Source of the DNA: Candidatus Poseidoniaceae archaeon
GTDB lineage: Archaea; Thermoplasmatota; Poseidoniia; Poseidoniales; Poseidoniaceae
Direction: 5' to 3'
DNA length: 64,000 bases
Assembly: GCA_965662895.1 (NCBI GenBank)
Contig: CBFIJH010000005.1
Span: 32,001 to 96,000 of the forward strand
Shown here: one piece after another, positions 1 to 9,962 of the stretch
Position numbering within the stretch: the first letter of the stretch is position 1
Layout: each line of letters starts with the position of its first letter
Translations under genes and position numbers: made by a program
The notes under the pieces: model-generated
Databases searched by the model: none
What the model saw: only the letters and a program-made list of their open reading frames with translations
Told to the model about the DNA's origin: nothing

Positions 1-665
1 CAGCCCTCGGTAGTGAAAACCCAAAGCGTATGCTCGCTTACTCATCGGTTGCCCATGCAGGATACATGCTCGCAGCATTGACAGCCATCGGTGCTTGGAA
101 TTGGGGATTGGTTGACAATGCTGGTGTAGCCATGGATGTTGTTGTTGCAGCGCTCCTCTTCCACATGTTCGTTTTGGTCTTCTTCAAACTCGGAGCCTTC
201 CTTGTCCTTGGTGTCCTTGAAATGGAGGGTGGAGCATCTCGTCTCTCATCCCTTGCAGGACTCGGAAAGCGAGAGCCACTTCTTGCGGTCGCTATGTTCC
301 TGTTCATGATCTCCCTTGCAGGTGTTCCTCCAATGGCTGGCTTCCTTTCGAAGTTGCTTGTCATCATGGGTATTGTTGAGGTTGCTACTGGAACAGGTTC
401 ACTCTCCTCGATTGGTGATGCTCACTGGGTTTGGTGGCTTGCTTTACTGATGGTCATTAACAGCGCTATATCGATGTTCTACTATCTCCGTATCGGTGTT
501 GTCATGTATTTCCATGAACCTGAAGAAGGACGTCGTGGGCCGCTTGCATCAGGGGCATCGATTCGTATCGCAATCGCACTTTGTGCGATTGGAACAGTTG
601 CCTTTGGATTGGTGGGTGGCGAACTTATTGATCTATGCAGAGATGCTGCTGAATCACTTCGCTAA
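1..665 (+). CDS. nuoN: NADH-quinone oxidoreductase subunit N (5'-truncated by window)
   Basis: KRMLAYSSVAHAGY, SLAGVPPMAGFLSK and YYLR motifs; hydrophobic throughout; frame open to window start. Confidence 0.92.
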   Translation, partial: ALGSENPKRMLAYSSVAHAGYMLAALTAIGAWNWGLVDNAGVAMDVVVAALLFHMFVLVFFKLGAFLVLGVLEMEGGASRLSSLAGLGKREPLLAVAMFLFMISLAGVPPMAGFLSKLLVIMGIVEVATGTGSLSSIGDAHWVWWLALLMVINSAISMFYYLRIGVVMYFHEPEEGRRGPLASGASIRIAIALCAIGTVAFGLVGGELIDLCRDAAESLR

Positions 666-717
666 GAAGGGGCGACTTCAAGAGGGGTTGACCTTTCGTA
701 GTACCTGGTGAGACTCA

Positions 718-1404
718 ATGGGACGACGTCATGAGGAAAAGGTGGACGAGGAAGAACTCGCTCGCTTGGAAAATCCTGAGGGGTCACCTGGAAAGATTCG
801 AGTTAAACTTCCAAACAATGGAAAATCCAAGGGTGAGCTTGGCTACAAGGGCGAAATGTTTGCGCTTGCTGAAGAAATCCTTGGCGGTCGACGCGTTACT
901 GTCCTCTGTGCGGATGGGAAGACACGAATGGCTCGAATTCCAGGAAAAATGCGACGCCGTCAATGGGTTCGCGAAGGTGATTTGATCATTGTCTGGCCCT
1001 GGGATTTTCAAGATTCAAAAGCTGACGTGAAACACCGTTACACAAAAACGCAGGCGATGTACCTCTCCCGAAAACAGGTTCTACCGGATGTTGTCGATAT
1101 GTTCGGTATGAACTCTCGAGTTGATGATGATGACACAGGCGATGATTTGTTTGGTCTTTCTGATGCACCTGAAGAGGTCATGGAAGACAACGATGTCGAC
1201 GATGTGTTTGGTTCAGACGATGATGACGATGTCGACGATATGTTTGGCTCGGATGATGATGACGATGACGTCGATGACATGTTTGGCTCAGATGACGAAC
1301 AAGAAATCGTTGAACAACCACCTGCTCCACAAGCGATGCCTGAGCCTGAGCCACTCGATGATGACGACGATGATGACGATGATATCGACGCTTTGTTCGC
1401 TTAA
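718..1404 (+). CDS. eif1a: Translation initiation factor aIF-1A with long acidic C-terminal tail
   Basis: OB-fold signature LGGRRVTVLCADGKTRMARIPGKMRRRQWVREGDLIIVWPWDFQDSKADVKHRY; adjacent to RIO1. Confidence 0.95.
   Translation: MGRRHEEKVDEEELARLENPEGSPGKIRVKLPNNGKSKGELGYKGEMFALAEEILGGRRVTVLCADGKTRMARIPGKMRRRQWVREGDLIIVWPWDFQDSKADVKHRYTKTQAMYLSRKQVLPDVVDMFGMNSRVDDDDTGDDLFGLSDAPEEVMEDNDVDDVFGSDDDDDVDDMFGSDDDDDDVDDMFGSDDEQEIVEQPPAPQAMPEPEPLDDDDDDDDDIDALFA
1120..1401 (+). repeat. In-frame acidic peptide repeats (DDVDD[VM]FGSDDD x3, DDLFG, DIDALFA)
   Basis: gatgtcgacgatgtgtttggttcagac / gatgtcgacgatatgtttggctcggat / gacgtcgatgacatgtttggctcagat. Confidence 0.9.
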
Positions 1405-1458
1405 TTGGCAAAGGGTTGAAGTTTATCAAAAGCAAATCGAGGCTTGAGGGGCATTCAC

Positions 1459-2457
1459 ATGGCACGTTCTGGTGACGATTGGGATGAACTCACTGAGCGA
1501 ACACGTCAACGAAAGCAAACACGACGTAAGCGCAACAAACGTCAGCGCTCCAAAGAAGAGCAAGCTGACGACGATTATGAAGATCAGCACACTTCAAAAT
1601 TCATCTCTGATTTGGCCAAGAAAGACAGTCAATACAATTGGATGAAAGATGAAAAGAACAAGCGTATGTTCAAGAAAATCGAGAATCGAATTCAGGGAGC
1701 GCTCGGAACTGGAACTTACGATTGGGTTGATCGACGAGTTTTCGATCAGGTCTTCGATCGACTTACGCTCATGTCCTTGTACAAATTGATGAATGGTGGT
1801 GCTCTTGATACACTTGATTTTCCCGTCGCCCGTGGGAAGGAGGCACACGTTTTCCATGGAACGGATCCAAATGGGAAAAGTGTCGCAGTGAAAATTTTCC
1901 ACACATCCAATGCCGTCTTCAAGAATTTGATGCAATACATCGAGGGCGACCCGCGATTTGGCGGTCTACGTCGAAGACATCGAGATTTGGTCGACATTTG
2001 GGTCCGGAAAGAGCATCGAAATTTGATGCGACTCCATCGATGGGGCCTACCTGTTCCCCAACCTCTCGCCATCCAAAAGAACGTCCTAATAATGGATTAT
2101 TTAGGAACCGAATCGCACCCCTCTCCAAAGTTACGTGATGTACAGATTGAAAACCCTCTACCAGTTTACGAAGAGATGCTTGAATTTGTCGCGGTATCTT
2201 GGCAAAAAGCAGAATTGGTTCATGGCGATTTTTCACCCTTCAACATCTTGTGGCATGGAAATGCCCCGGTAGTCATCGATGTTGGCCAAGGCGTGATTCA
2301 ACATCATCCAAAAGCAAAAGAATTCCTCGTTCGGGATGTAACTCGCCTCGTGGAATGGGCGAAGAAGAATGGAATCGATGTCGAACTTGCCGATGCAATG
2401 TACGATGTTCTTGAAATGGATTTATCCCACGTCGTTGAGCGAGTCGAAGAAGAGTGA
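1459..2457 (+). CDS. rio1: RIO1-family Ser/Thr kinase
   Basis: GKEAHVF, VAVKIF, LVHGDFSPFNIL, VIDVGQ motifs; ATG at 1459 preferred. Confidence 0.93.
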   Translation: MARSGDDWDELTERTRQRKQTRRKRNKRQRSKEEQADDDYEDQHTSKFISDLAKKDSQYNWMKDEKNKRMFKKIENRIQGALGTGTYDWVDRRVFDQVFDRLTLMSLYKLMNGGALDTLDFPVARGKEAHVFHGTDPNGKSVAVKIFHTSNAVFKNLMQYIEGDPRFGGLRRRHRDLVDIWVRKEHRNLMRLHRWGLPVPQPLAIQKNVLIMDYLGTESHPSPKLRDVQIENPLPVYEEMLEFVAVSWQKAELVHGDFSPFNILWHGNAPVVIDVGQGVIQHHPKAKEFLVRDVTRLVEWAKKNGIDVELADAMYDVLEMDLSHVVERVEEE

Positions 2458-2458
2458 A

Positions 2459-3202
2459 CTATTCCTCTTCCCAAGTGACAGATTCATCATCCGCCATCTC
2501 CATCATTGCATCGACTGCCTCATCATCATCGGGATCGACTTGACTTGCCCGTAGACGCCGTTCTTTCCGTTCAGAAACCTTCGCAAGACCGGGAACCAGA
2601 CCGTCAAACCCATCGCTACGACCGGTGTCTTGACGTGTTTCGACGTAATCAAGAGAGCGATTCTCAAATTTCATTCGTTTTCGGTTACGTTCAAGGAATG
2701 AAAGGACGCTTCCGTGTTCGGAGCCACCTGCAATCATCTCCACTGCTTGACGAGCAAGTGCTAACCCGTCTGCATCGCCAACCAACACAACCGTCGATTT
2801 GTAGATTGTAATTTCAACATCGGTGAGATTTTCGATCAGTCGCCGAATCTTTCCTTGACTTCCGATGATTCGTGCACGAATCCGGCGTTGTTGTTGGGAG
2901 CGTTTGCCAACAAAATCTTTCAAATCAACCATTTCAAAGAAATTGTCATCATCAAGCAATCGAATCGCCGCCTTTGGTGCCATTCCTCTTCCTATTGCTT
3001 TGATAACATCTGGAAATTTCATCGCCTTGATTGGGTCATACGTTCCAGGCTCACCCCATACAACATCAACGTCTCCAGATTCGGAATCGATGTGAAATTC
3101 AAGAGCGCCAGAGGCTTCACGGAGTGCTTTCGCAGTTGTTCCTTTTGAGCCAATAAGGACAGCAATTCGGTCCTTGGGGATACGTGGTAGGCCTTGTCGC
3201 AT
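2459..3202 (-). CDS. KH-domain RNA-processing protein (Dim2/Pno1 family)
   Basis: RIAVLIGSKG, IKAIGRGM, RARIIGSQGKIRRLIE, GSEHGSV; linked to aIF-1A and RIO1; start 3202 follows a TTGAA box. Confidence 0.9.
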   Translation of the reverse strand: MRQGLPRIPKDRIAVLIGSKGTTAKALREASGALEFHIDSESGDVDVVWGEPGTYDPIKAMKFPDVIKAIGRGMAPKAAIRLLDDDNFFEMVDLKDFVGKRSQQQRRIRARIIGSQGKIRRLIENLTDVEITIYKSTVVLVGDADGLALARQAVEMIAGGSEHGSVLSFLERNRKRMKFENRSLDYVETRQDTGRSDGFDGLVPGLAKVSERKERRLRASQVDPDDDEAVDAMMEMADDESVTWEEE

Positions 3203-3228
3203 TGTTAGTTGCCTCACGCCACTCTTTT

Positions 3229-5031
3229 TCAATCTCGTTGTTGAAGCAATGCAACAACAAAACCAGCACAAATGAGCGCAGAGATTGTTGGAGCAAAGGA
3301 TGGAACGAGACCGGGGCTGGAAACATCAGCACCAGTAACAACCATGTAGTGATCGTTGTTGATCTCGCTGTTCTCATCGATAACGTTGGTTGGATCGATA
3401 CGAACACGGAGGTCATATTGACCACTGTTGGGTACAGTGTACGACCATTCAATGGTCTCCACACCATCGCCAAGCGAACCGGCTGGAAGTGTTTGAACGT
3501 TCATGACCGTCCATTGCGTTGTTGCACTCCGGTCTGCAGGTGCAGCCTCAAGACTAACCACAACGGCACCTGCATAGATTTGGTTGGATACGAGCTGGCC
3601 AGTTATGGTCACGTTTCCGAAGGTTTCTCCAGGTCGAACCACCAAGCGATCAACATCAGTGGCAGTTGCATTCCAAGACAAATCGAGTCCCGGCATGACT
3701 TGGAAGGCTTGAGGAACGGTTGTTTCAGTGTTTCCTGCCTCATCGGCAATCGTTGCCCGTAACATGAGATATTGACGAGATTTTGTTGCCCAATTGGCCA
3801 TTGCTAGTCCACGATCCAGACCAGAGCCAGGGAGTTCCAACCACTGACCAGAAAGGTCGGGGGTTAATCCTACACCATTGCTATCGAATCCATACTGCAA
3901 TGAAGCAGCACCCACATCGATTCCTGAAAGCAAATCGTAGGTTGAATACGAAATATTCGCAGTTCCAATCAGGCTTGTTGTCAATGGATCGACAGTCCAA
4001 CCAACAAGTTCAGGCAACGATGTATCGACACGAACAGTTTCCGTTATCGTGTTTCCAACATTACCGACTCGGTCCGTCGCACGCAGAGAAATGGTGTGGT
4101 TCCCTTCAGTCAGTACAAGGGTATGAGAATTGCTCGTAAGCGAGGTCCAAGCGCCCCCATCTGTTTGCAACTCAACGAACTCTACACCGCTTCCTGATCC
4201 ATCGTTTGCTGCATCAAGAATTCCATTGATGGTGATTGAATTCGATGACTGCCACGAATTTCCGTTGCCAATGGATACGGAATTTATGGACGGACCAGTT
4301 CGGTCAATTCCAATAAAAATCGTCTCCGATGAACTCAGACCTGAGTCGTCAAAGACCGTAAGTCGCGGGTTCCAAGTACCTTCTGAGAATGCACCGGTGC
4401 TCCAATCCCAACCGTATGCTAAGGAAGTGGGCCCATCGGTTGCAGGCGATCCAGGGCCGGGAACATTTTGCAAAGTTGCTCGAGAAAAATCATCATCTGA
4501 TATTCCGTATCTGAATTCAATTGTGGCGGATTGGCTAACATTGAACCATGCCCGGTCCGAACTTGCCGTTCCTGTTCCTACGTCAGGGGAGAGAACGGTA
4601 AACGCAGTGATGACAGGAACTTGGTTGGCGATGGTGAATTCCTCACTTGTCGTCACTGTGGTATCGCTGACATCAGAATCCCACCCCGTAGCCCGGAGTG
4701 TGTAGGATCCGTTCGTGTACGCATTTGAATCGAAATTGAACAACCAAGGAGATCCGGTTAGGTTGGTTAGCGTTGCATAAGCGTCTCCTACTTCGGCAAT
4801 CTCGACCAAGATTGAATCGATTGTTCCCGTTCCAGAAATACTGAAACTGACTGTTTTCAATCCTGTAACAGATTCGTCTTCAACCGGTCCGTTTGAGAAG
4901 GTAATGGTCGCTGAGGAAGCACGCATTGGCTCCTGTTCCACATCAAGATGAGTTGTCACAGGTAGTGAAACGGAGACCATAGAAAGGAGGAGGAAGGTAA
5001 CAAGACTCACAGCCGTAACCCTTCCTCCCAT
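3229..5031 (-). CDS. Secreted Ig-like/CARDB surface protein with C-terminal membrane anchor
   Basis: Signal peptide; Ig-like DRTGP and ATDRVGN motifs; CARDB motif IDPTNVIDENSEINND; C-terminal VPSF followed by a TM helix. Confidence 0.75.
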   Translation of the reverse strand: MGGRVTAVSLVTFLLLSMVSVSLPVTTHLDVEQEPMRASSATITFSNGPVEDESVTGLKTVSFSISGTGTIDSILVEIAEVGDAYATLTNLTGSPWLFNFDSNAYTNGSYTLRATGWDSDVSDTTVTTSEEFTIANQVPVITAFTVLSPDVGTGTASSDRAWFNVSQSATIEFRYGISDDDFSRATLQNVPGPGSPATDGPTSLAYGWDWSTGAFSEGTWNPRLTVFDDSGLSSSETIFIGIDRTGPSINSVSIGNGNSWQSSNSITINGILDAANDGSGSGVEFVELQTDGGAWTSLTSNSHTLVLTEGNHTISLRATDRVGNVGNTITETVRVDTSLPELVGWTVDPLTTSLIGTANISYSTYDLLSGIDVGAASLQYGFDSNGVGLTPDLSGQWLELPGSGLDRGLAMANWATKSRQYLMLRATIADEAGNTETTVPQAFQVMPGLDLSWNATATDVDRLVVRPGETFGNVTITGQLVSNQIYAGAVVVSLEAAPADRSATTQWTVMNVQTLPAGSLGDGVETIEWSYTVPNSGQYDLRVRIDPTNVIDENSEINNDHYMVVTGADVSSPGLVPSFAPTISALICAGFVVALLQQRD

Positions 5032-5147
5032 GCTTTCCTTAGGTTTGCGACCATCCTTCAAATCTCCCCTTCATCCATGGGAATTTCAGGTGTCTTATGG
5101 GGTTCTGACCAGATGGGTTCAAGTGCTTTGCATGTCGTCGAATTATC

Positions 5148-7964
5148 ATGGCGAGAGGGGCATTTGCGGTAAGTTGCGTTCTTCTGATGCTGACATCTCT
5201 TGTGGTGGTACCAGCGAGTTCCTACGATAGCAACGGCGTCCAGGCTTCAGAACAGAGTCTGAGTATCCTTCCATCAAGTCCAACCGAAGGTGGGTCAGTC
5301 ACAGTTTCTTTGGCCTTGCAAAATACAAACTCTCAGCTTGCTGCAAACGTCGAGTATTCTTTTTACGCAAATGGTGTCTCAGATAATACGAAGCTCTGGG
5401 CTTCGACAGTGAACATTCCTGCAGATAATGTATCAATAGTTTCCACAACTTGGGATGGCTTACCAGTTGGAGAAAACAAAGTGTTTGTGACCTACTCATA
5501 CAACAATGGGCCTGAACACCAATTTTGGAAGTCGTTTACTGTACAAGGTCTTCCAAGTTTGCACATCGTTGAATCGACAATGACTCCTTCGTCTGGTATA
5601 CACGCCGGAGATACAATCGAACTCAACACCAAAGTTGCAAACCTTGGAAGCGTTGATGCATCCGCGTCGAATCTTGGAATCAATTATCCTGGTTCGATAA
5701 GCGACGTTGAACTCCCAACCGATGCACTTGCAGCTGGTGCTGAAGTTTGGGTCAATACAATATTTATCGCTCCATCAACCGGATCTTATGACATCATCTT
5801 GACGCCTGACGTGAACGATGTAATTCTCGAATCCTCTGAACAGGGCAAAGAATCAACCGTATCGCTCATCGTCGAGCCTCGAATGGATTTGTCACATGTG
5901 GGCGACTTGAGTATCGTGTCCACAGAAGGTTCCTTGATTGGCCCTTGGACAATCTCTGGCGTTCTTGCACGGGAATCTGGTGAAGAGACTTCCACGGTTC
6001 CCATGGTATTGGAATTTAGGGAAGGTGCATCTCTTGTTCGTCCCTTGCAAATCTTCGAAGTTGACATTTCGGGCACGGGCTACAGTACAGAGGCATGGAC
6101 CACCAGCATCACAAGCACAGACATCGCAGGATTGCCAACAGGGCAATACACGCTCGCAGCAGTTATCGATCCATACGATTCCGGAACGTTCATACAAGAA
6201 AATACAGACAACGACGAACTCATAACAACATTTTCTTTACCCGAAATACCTGATGTTTTCATCGATCCTCTTGCTTTGGCAAACCGGACGACTGTTGGCG
6301 CCGGGGATTTTGTTGATTGGTCGATGACGGCAACAAACACAGGTGACGTTGCCGTTTCTGGGACGTTTGTCTACACGTGGGAAGAACAGAGTTTTGAATC
6401 GCCATTGATTCTTCTCAATCCTGGACAGATTTACACCTACACGACTTCACATGGTACCAACAGTGGCCAACACACTGCAATTTTGGATGCGGAATGGAAA
6501 GCATCGACGGGGTCGTACGATCGTGTGCCTACAAACAGCGTTGCAACAGGCGAAGTCTTGGTTGAAGCAAATTTGCAATTGGATTGGGACAGCGACTCGA
6601 TGGTACTGCTCGATGAGGGTGGAGAAGCTGCTACATTCCCTCTCGAATCTGGTGAGAAATACACCATGACACTCGATGTTCGATCGACTCGCGGCACAGG
6701 TGATGTGACGTTCACATGCAAGAACAGTCAAACCACATGGGGGACGACGGATGTCAGCATTGAGAATCCCGGGGATCGCGCTGAAATCTCGTGCACATTC
6801 ACTGCATCAGGAAAGATGTCGATTTTACAACTTGTACCATCCGACCCAATGGTTGCGAACACATACGAGCGCTCTTTTTCCACTGCGCTCATCGAAGGCG
6901 ATGGTGCAAACGGTGGAACCTCCAACGGTACAGGAACTGCTCTTCTCATGTTTGTCGGCGCACTTGCATTGATTGGTGTACTCGTAGGAGCGATTCTTCT
7001 CACTCGTGAGAGAGAAGAAGAGGTTGAACGTGACATTTTCAATTATTGCCCTGCTTGCGATGGAGAACTTGAAGGTGATGAGAACCGTTGCCCACATTGT
7101 TCCTTCAATCTTCGAAAAGCTCGCTCGCAATTCCACGACTGTCATGAGTGTGGTGAATCCATACCCGATCTTATGGAAAATTGTGCATACTGTGGTGCTG
7201 AACAAGATGTCTCTTCCTTCTTTGAACGCAGAGAACGACGTGTTCGTGAGGTTCCGGAGGAGAAAGAGCTCGTCTCACTGCCTGAGGAAGATGAGAATGA
7301 GATTGTTACCGGTACTGAGGACTTTGCGACTGCGGTCAAAGAATTTGGCTTTGACGAATCAAATCTCGAAGATGAGTGGGATGAGAATGTTGTAGCAGCA
7401 GAAGAAGAAGTTACAGCAGCCTATGATTCACGCAATGCAGACGAAATAGCGATGGAAGACATGACTGAAGAAGAGATTGAGGCCATGCAAAACCAAATTG
7501 TTACGACCTTGAAGACGATTGAAGAGTCGTTTGAAGGGCACAATTTGGATGCGTTCTTGCCATCAAAGGAAGAGATGAAATCGCTCAAGGATGATGGTAA
7601 AGACAAAGATGGAGCTGCATGGACAACACTGTCGGCAAGTGATGCGGAAATTCGCGGTGATCTGTACGAATTAACCGGTGAAGAAGGTGTGATGCCGGGT
7701 GAGAAGGTGAATGTTGGAATGGGGATTACAGACAGTTCCCTTGCAGGAAATGAAATCAAAGAAGCCAGTGCAGACTTTGCATTTGAAGACGACACTGAGT
7801 TGCCACTTACTGTTGAAGACGGTGACAAAGCAGTCACAAAACCACGTCGTCGACCTCGCCGAAAGCGAGAACCTGAAGTTCAAACAGCGGATTGTGGCGC
7901 ATGTGGCGCTGTCATCCCCGCCGATGCCAAAGAATGCGCAACGTGCGGTGCAAAGTTCGAATGA
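5148..7964 (+). CDS. CARDB-repeat single-pass membrane protein with cytoplasmic zinc ribbons and acidic region
   Basis: Signal peptide, CARDB-like repeats, TM LLMFVGALALIGVLVGAILL, CPAC/CPHC/CHEC/CAYC and C-terminal CGAC/CATC. Confidence 0.8.
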   Translation: MARGAFAVSCVLLMLTSLVVVPASSYDSNGVQASEQSLSILPSSPTEGGSVTVSLALQNTNSQLAANVEYSFYANGVSDNTKLWASTVNIPADNVSIVSTTWDGLPVGENKVFVTYSYNNGPEHQFWKSFTVQGLPSLHIVESTMTPSSGIHAGDTIELNTKVANLGSVDASASNLGINYPGSISDVELPTDALAAGAEVWVNTIFIAPSTGSYDIILTPDVNDVILESSEQGKESTVSLIVEPRMDLSHVGDLSIVSTEGSLIGPWTISGVLARESGEETSTVPMVLEFREGASLVRPLQIFEVDISGTGYSTEAWTTSITSTDIAGLPTGQYTLAAVIDPYDSGTFIQENTDNDELITTFSLPEIPDVFIDPLALANRTTVGAGDFVDWSMTATNTGDVAVSGTFVYTWEEQSFESPLILLNPGQIYTYTTSHGTNSGQHTAILDAEWKASTGSYDRVPTNSVATGEVLVEANLQLDWDSDSMVLLDEGGEAATFPLESGEKYTMTLDVRSTRGTGDVTFTCKNSQTTWGTTDVSIENPGDRAEISCTFTASGKMSILQLVPSDPMVANTYERSFSTALIEGDGANGGTSNGTGTALLMFVGALALIGVLVGAILLTREREEEVERDIFNYCPACDGELEGDENRCPHCSFNLRKARSQFHDCHECGESIPDLMENCAYCGAEQDVSSFFERRERRVREVPEEKELVSLPEEDENEIVTGTEDFATAVKEFGFDESNLEDEWDENVVAAEEEVTAAYDSRNADEIAMEDMTEEEIEAMQNQIVTTLKTIEESFEGHNLDAFLPSKEEMKSLKDDGKDKDGAAWTTLSASDAEIRGDLYELTGEEGVMPGEKVNVGMGITDSSLAGNEIKEASADFAFEDDTELPLTVEDGDKAVTKPRRRPRRKREPEVQTADCGACGAVIPADAKECATCGAKFE

Positions 7965-8116
7965 TTGTTGCCTGTCAGCACTCATAGGGTTCGTCATCGC
8001 TTGCGCTCGGAGTCAATGTTGCGTCATTCAGGCAACATCAATGAATCGCATCCTTCGTTTGAACGCTTCCCTGTGATGGGGTGATTTTCATATCATTGAG
8101 TTGATTGGCTGTGTTC

Positions 8117-8674
8117 ATGCAGCAGAGGTTATTGACGGTCTTTGTGGCCCTCTCTATGCTGCTCTTATCTGCATCGGGTTGTATTGGGTTGCTCCAAGGA
8201 AGAGAGTACATGGAGCATCTTCGCGGTGATGTTCAACAGGCTACATCGATTGAGACGACGGTTGTCGAGCATGCATTTACCAACGCTGAAATAAATGTTG
8301 AATGGAACGAGAGGTTTACGGTCGATTCCGAAGTTACAAAGATTGGCGTTTATTTCAAAACTGAGATGGCAGGCGAAATTATTCGAGAAATCTTCCCTGA
8401 TTTCTTTGACTTGCGGGAAATAAAAGTTGAGATAAAAGATCCCACTGGTGCACTGAAATACAATGCTACTCATGGAACAACAAAAACTGCCCCATACGCT
8501 TTGATTGAACCCGAGTTTGATGGGGAGTTCGTCTCCGGTGAATGGAACATCAACATCGTTGGTACCGGAGGAGGCGTCCTTACTGAGCAAGACAATTTCT
8601 TGGTCAGTGTTGATGTGACAAGAACGTGCACATTGTATCCACAAGATGACGGTCGTTGTGTTGTTGACAACTAG
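8117..8674 (+). CDS. Hypothetical lipoprotein
   Basis: Hydrophobic signal ending LSASGC (lipobox-like); beta-rich acidic body. Confidence 0.6.
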   Translation: MQQRLLTVFVALSMLLLSASGCIGLLQGREYMEHLRGDVQQATSIETTVVEHAFTNAEINVEWNERFTVDSEVTKIGVYFKTEMAGEIIREIFPDFFDLREIKVEIKDPTGALKYNATHGTTKTAPYALIEPEFDGEFVSGEWNINIVGTGGGVLTEQDNFLVSVDVTRTCTLYPQDDGRCVVDN

Positions 8675-9861
8675 ACCAATGATTCGCTGCAAGCGTATCG
8701 TCGACTGCAATTTCTGCACTTGCCTTCGCGTTCATGATTTCGTTTGGCACCGCCTTCGACCATCAATCGTTGTACTTCTATGATGCTTTCACGAAGATGC
8801 TGCTTTTCGTGTGTATCCCAGAAGACCTGATGGATGTCTTCTTCACCATAGCGTAAGATTCCATAGGGTGGAGATTTTTTGGTGTTGGTCTCGACAAGAG
8901 AGATGTAAGCGAGCAGTTGCAATCGATGTGAGGGATACGGTTTTTTTGGTATTTTACCAGTTTTCTGCTCAACCGGAATAAATTCACCATCAATGATGAC
9001 GATTTGATCGGGTCTCCCGCGCAGACCTGATACACGATCGATGAGAAGGTCGCTGGTTTGGTCATCATCAGAATAAACGATTTCAGCTCCACTTTCAAGT
9101 CCAACCTTTTCTCTGTTCATAGCCATCTCATTTTCCGCTTTGAGCGAATTTTGAAGTTGCCAAGTAGCAAAAAATGTCCATATAAAAGCAATGAGTATGA
9201 GAATAAAGCCAGCCTGGCTTCGATCTTGTGCTGCAGCGAGTGCAATGGCGTGGATGCCTATGACGATTGTCGATAAGAGGAGACCTGCTTCTGTTTTTCC
9301 TGCTGAAAACCATCCTCCGAGAAAACCGATAGGACTCCAAGTTGGCTCCATGCCAGTTGAAGCAAAGCGTTGTTTCATTTCTCGAATTTCTTTCAAATCA
9401 TGTTCGAAATTGAGCCAGTTTCGCCAAGGTAAAACGATTGACAGAATCGCAGCGATGAGAAACGAAACAGACCACATCGAGAGGATTTTTGCCAACTCAA
9501 TTGGGGAATTCATTACATCATCGATGTAAACAAACGCAACAGCGTCGATTGAAAAGGCGATGATAATTCCAAACCACCATGACCAAATGAGAAGTGAGCG
9601 ACGCATTCGAATTAACGCCTCTTGGAATTCATTCATATCCTTGTGAATCTCTTTGTGCTTCTCAACACCTTTTTCCACGGCTTCTCCAACTCCAGAGGTA
9701 CCTTCCTTTGCGAGTTGCCACGAGAGAGGACAGTACATGAATCGCTCCAGATCACTGGCACTTACAGAGAGCGGCGTTTCAGAATCGTCGATGTAATAGC
9801 CTTCTGGGCCGGGTTTTGCATCCGAAAAATCGGCCCCCATGTTTTCATCTCTAGCCCACAT
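8671..9861 (-). CDS. Cas4-like PD-(D/E)XK Fe-S nuclease with 4-TM insertion
   Basis: SASDLERFMYCP, GxxxH, GRPD, VEQKTG, QLLAY, C-terminal CRNC-x5-C; four hydrophobic helices in the middle. Confidence 0.85.
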   Translation of the reverse strand: MWARDENMGADFSDAKPGPEGYYIDDSETPLSVSASDLERFMYCPLSWQLAKEGTSGVGEAVEKGVEKHKEIHKDMNEFQEALIRMRRSLLIWSWWFGIIIAFSIDAVAFVYIDDVMNSPIELAKILSMWSVSFLIAAILSIVLPWRNWLNFEHDLKEIREMKQRFASTGMEPTWSPIGFLGGWFSAGKTEAGLLLSTIVIGIHAIALAAAQDRSQAGFILILIAFIWTFFATWQLQNSLKAENEMAMNREKVGLESGAEIVYSDDDQTSDLLIDRVSGLRGRPDQIVIIDGEFIPVEQKTGKIPKKPYPSHRLQLLAYISLVETNTKKSPPYGILRYGEEDIHQVFWDTHEKQHLRESIIEVQRLMVEGGAKRNHEREGKCRNCSRRYACSESLV

Positions 9862-9962
9862 AGATTTGATTTCTTCCCCTACTTATGTCAAAAACACAGT
9901 TCCGAGATGTTGCGAAGCGGTTAAGAAGAGGCTTCAGGTCGGTTGCTTGCTGAGGCACTACT

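Noticed and set aside
1120-1401. Direct repeats as a CRISPR array or non-coding repeat
   Set aside because: Repeats are in frame, vary mainly at synonymous positions and have no unique spacers
8671-9861. CRISPR-Cas locus
   Set aside because: No repeat-spacer array or other cas genes seen in the window; the Cas4-like gene is solo
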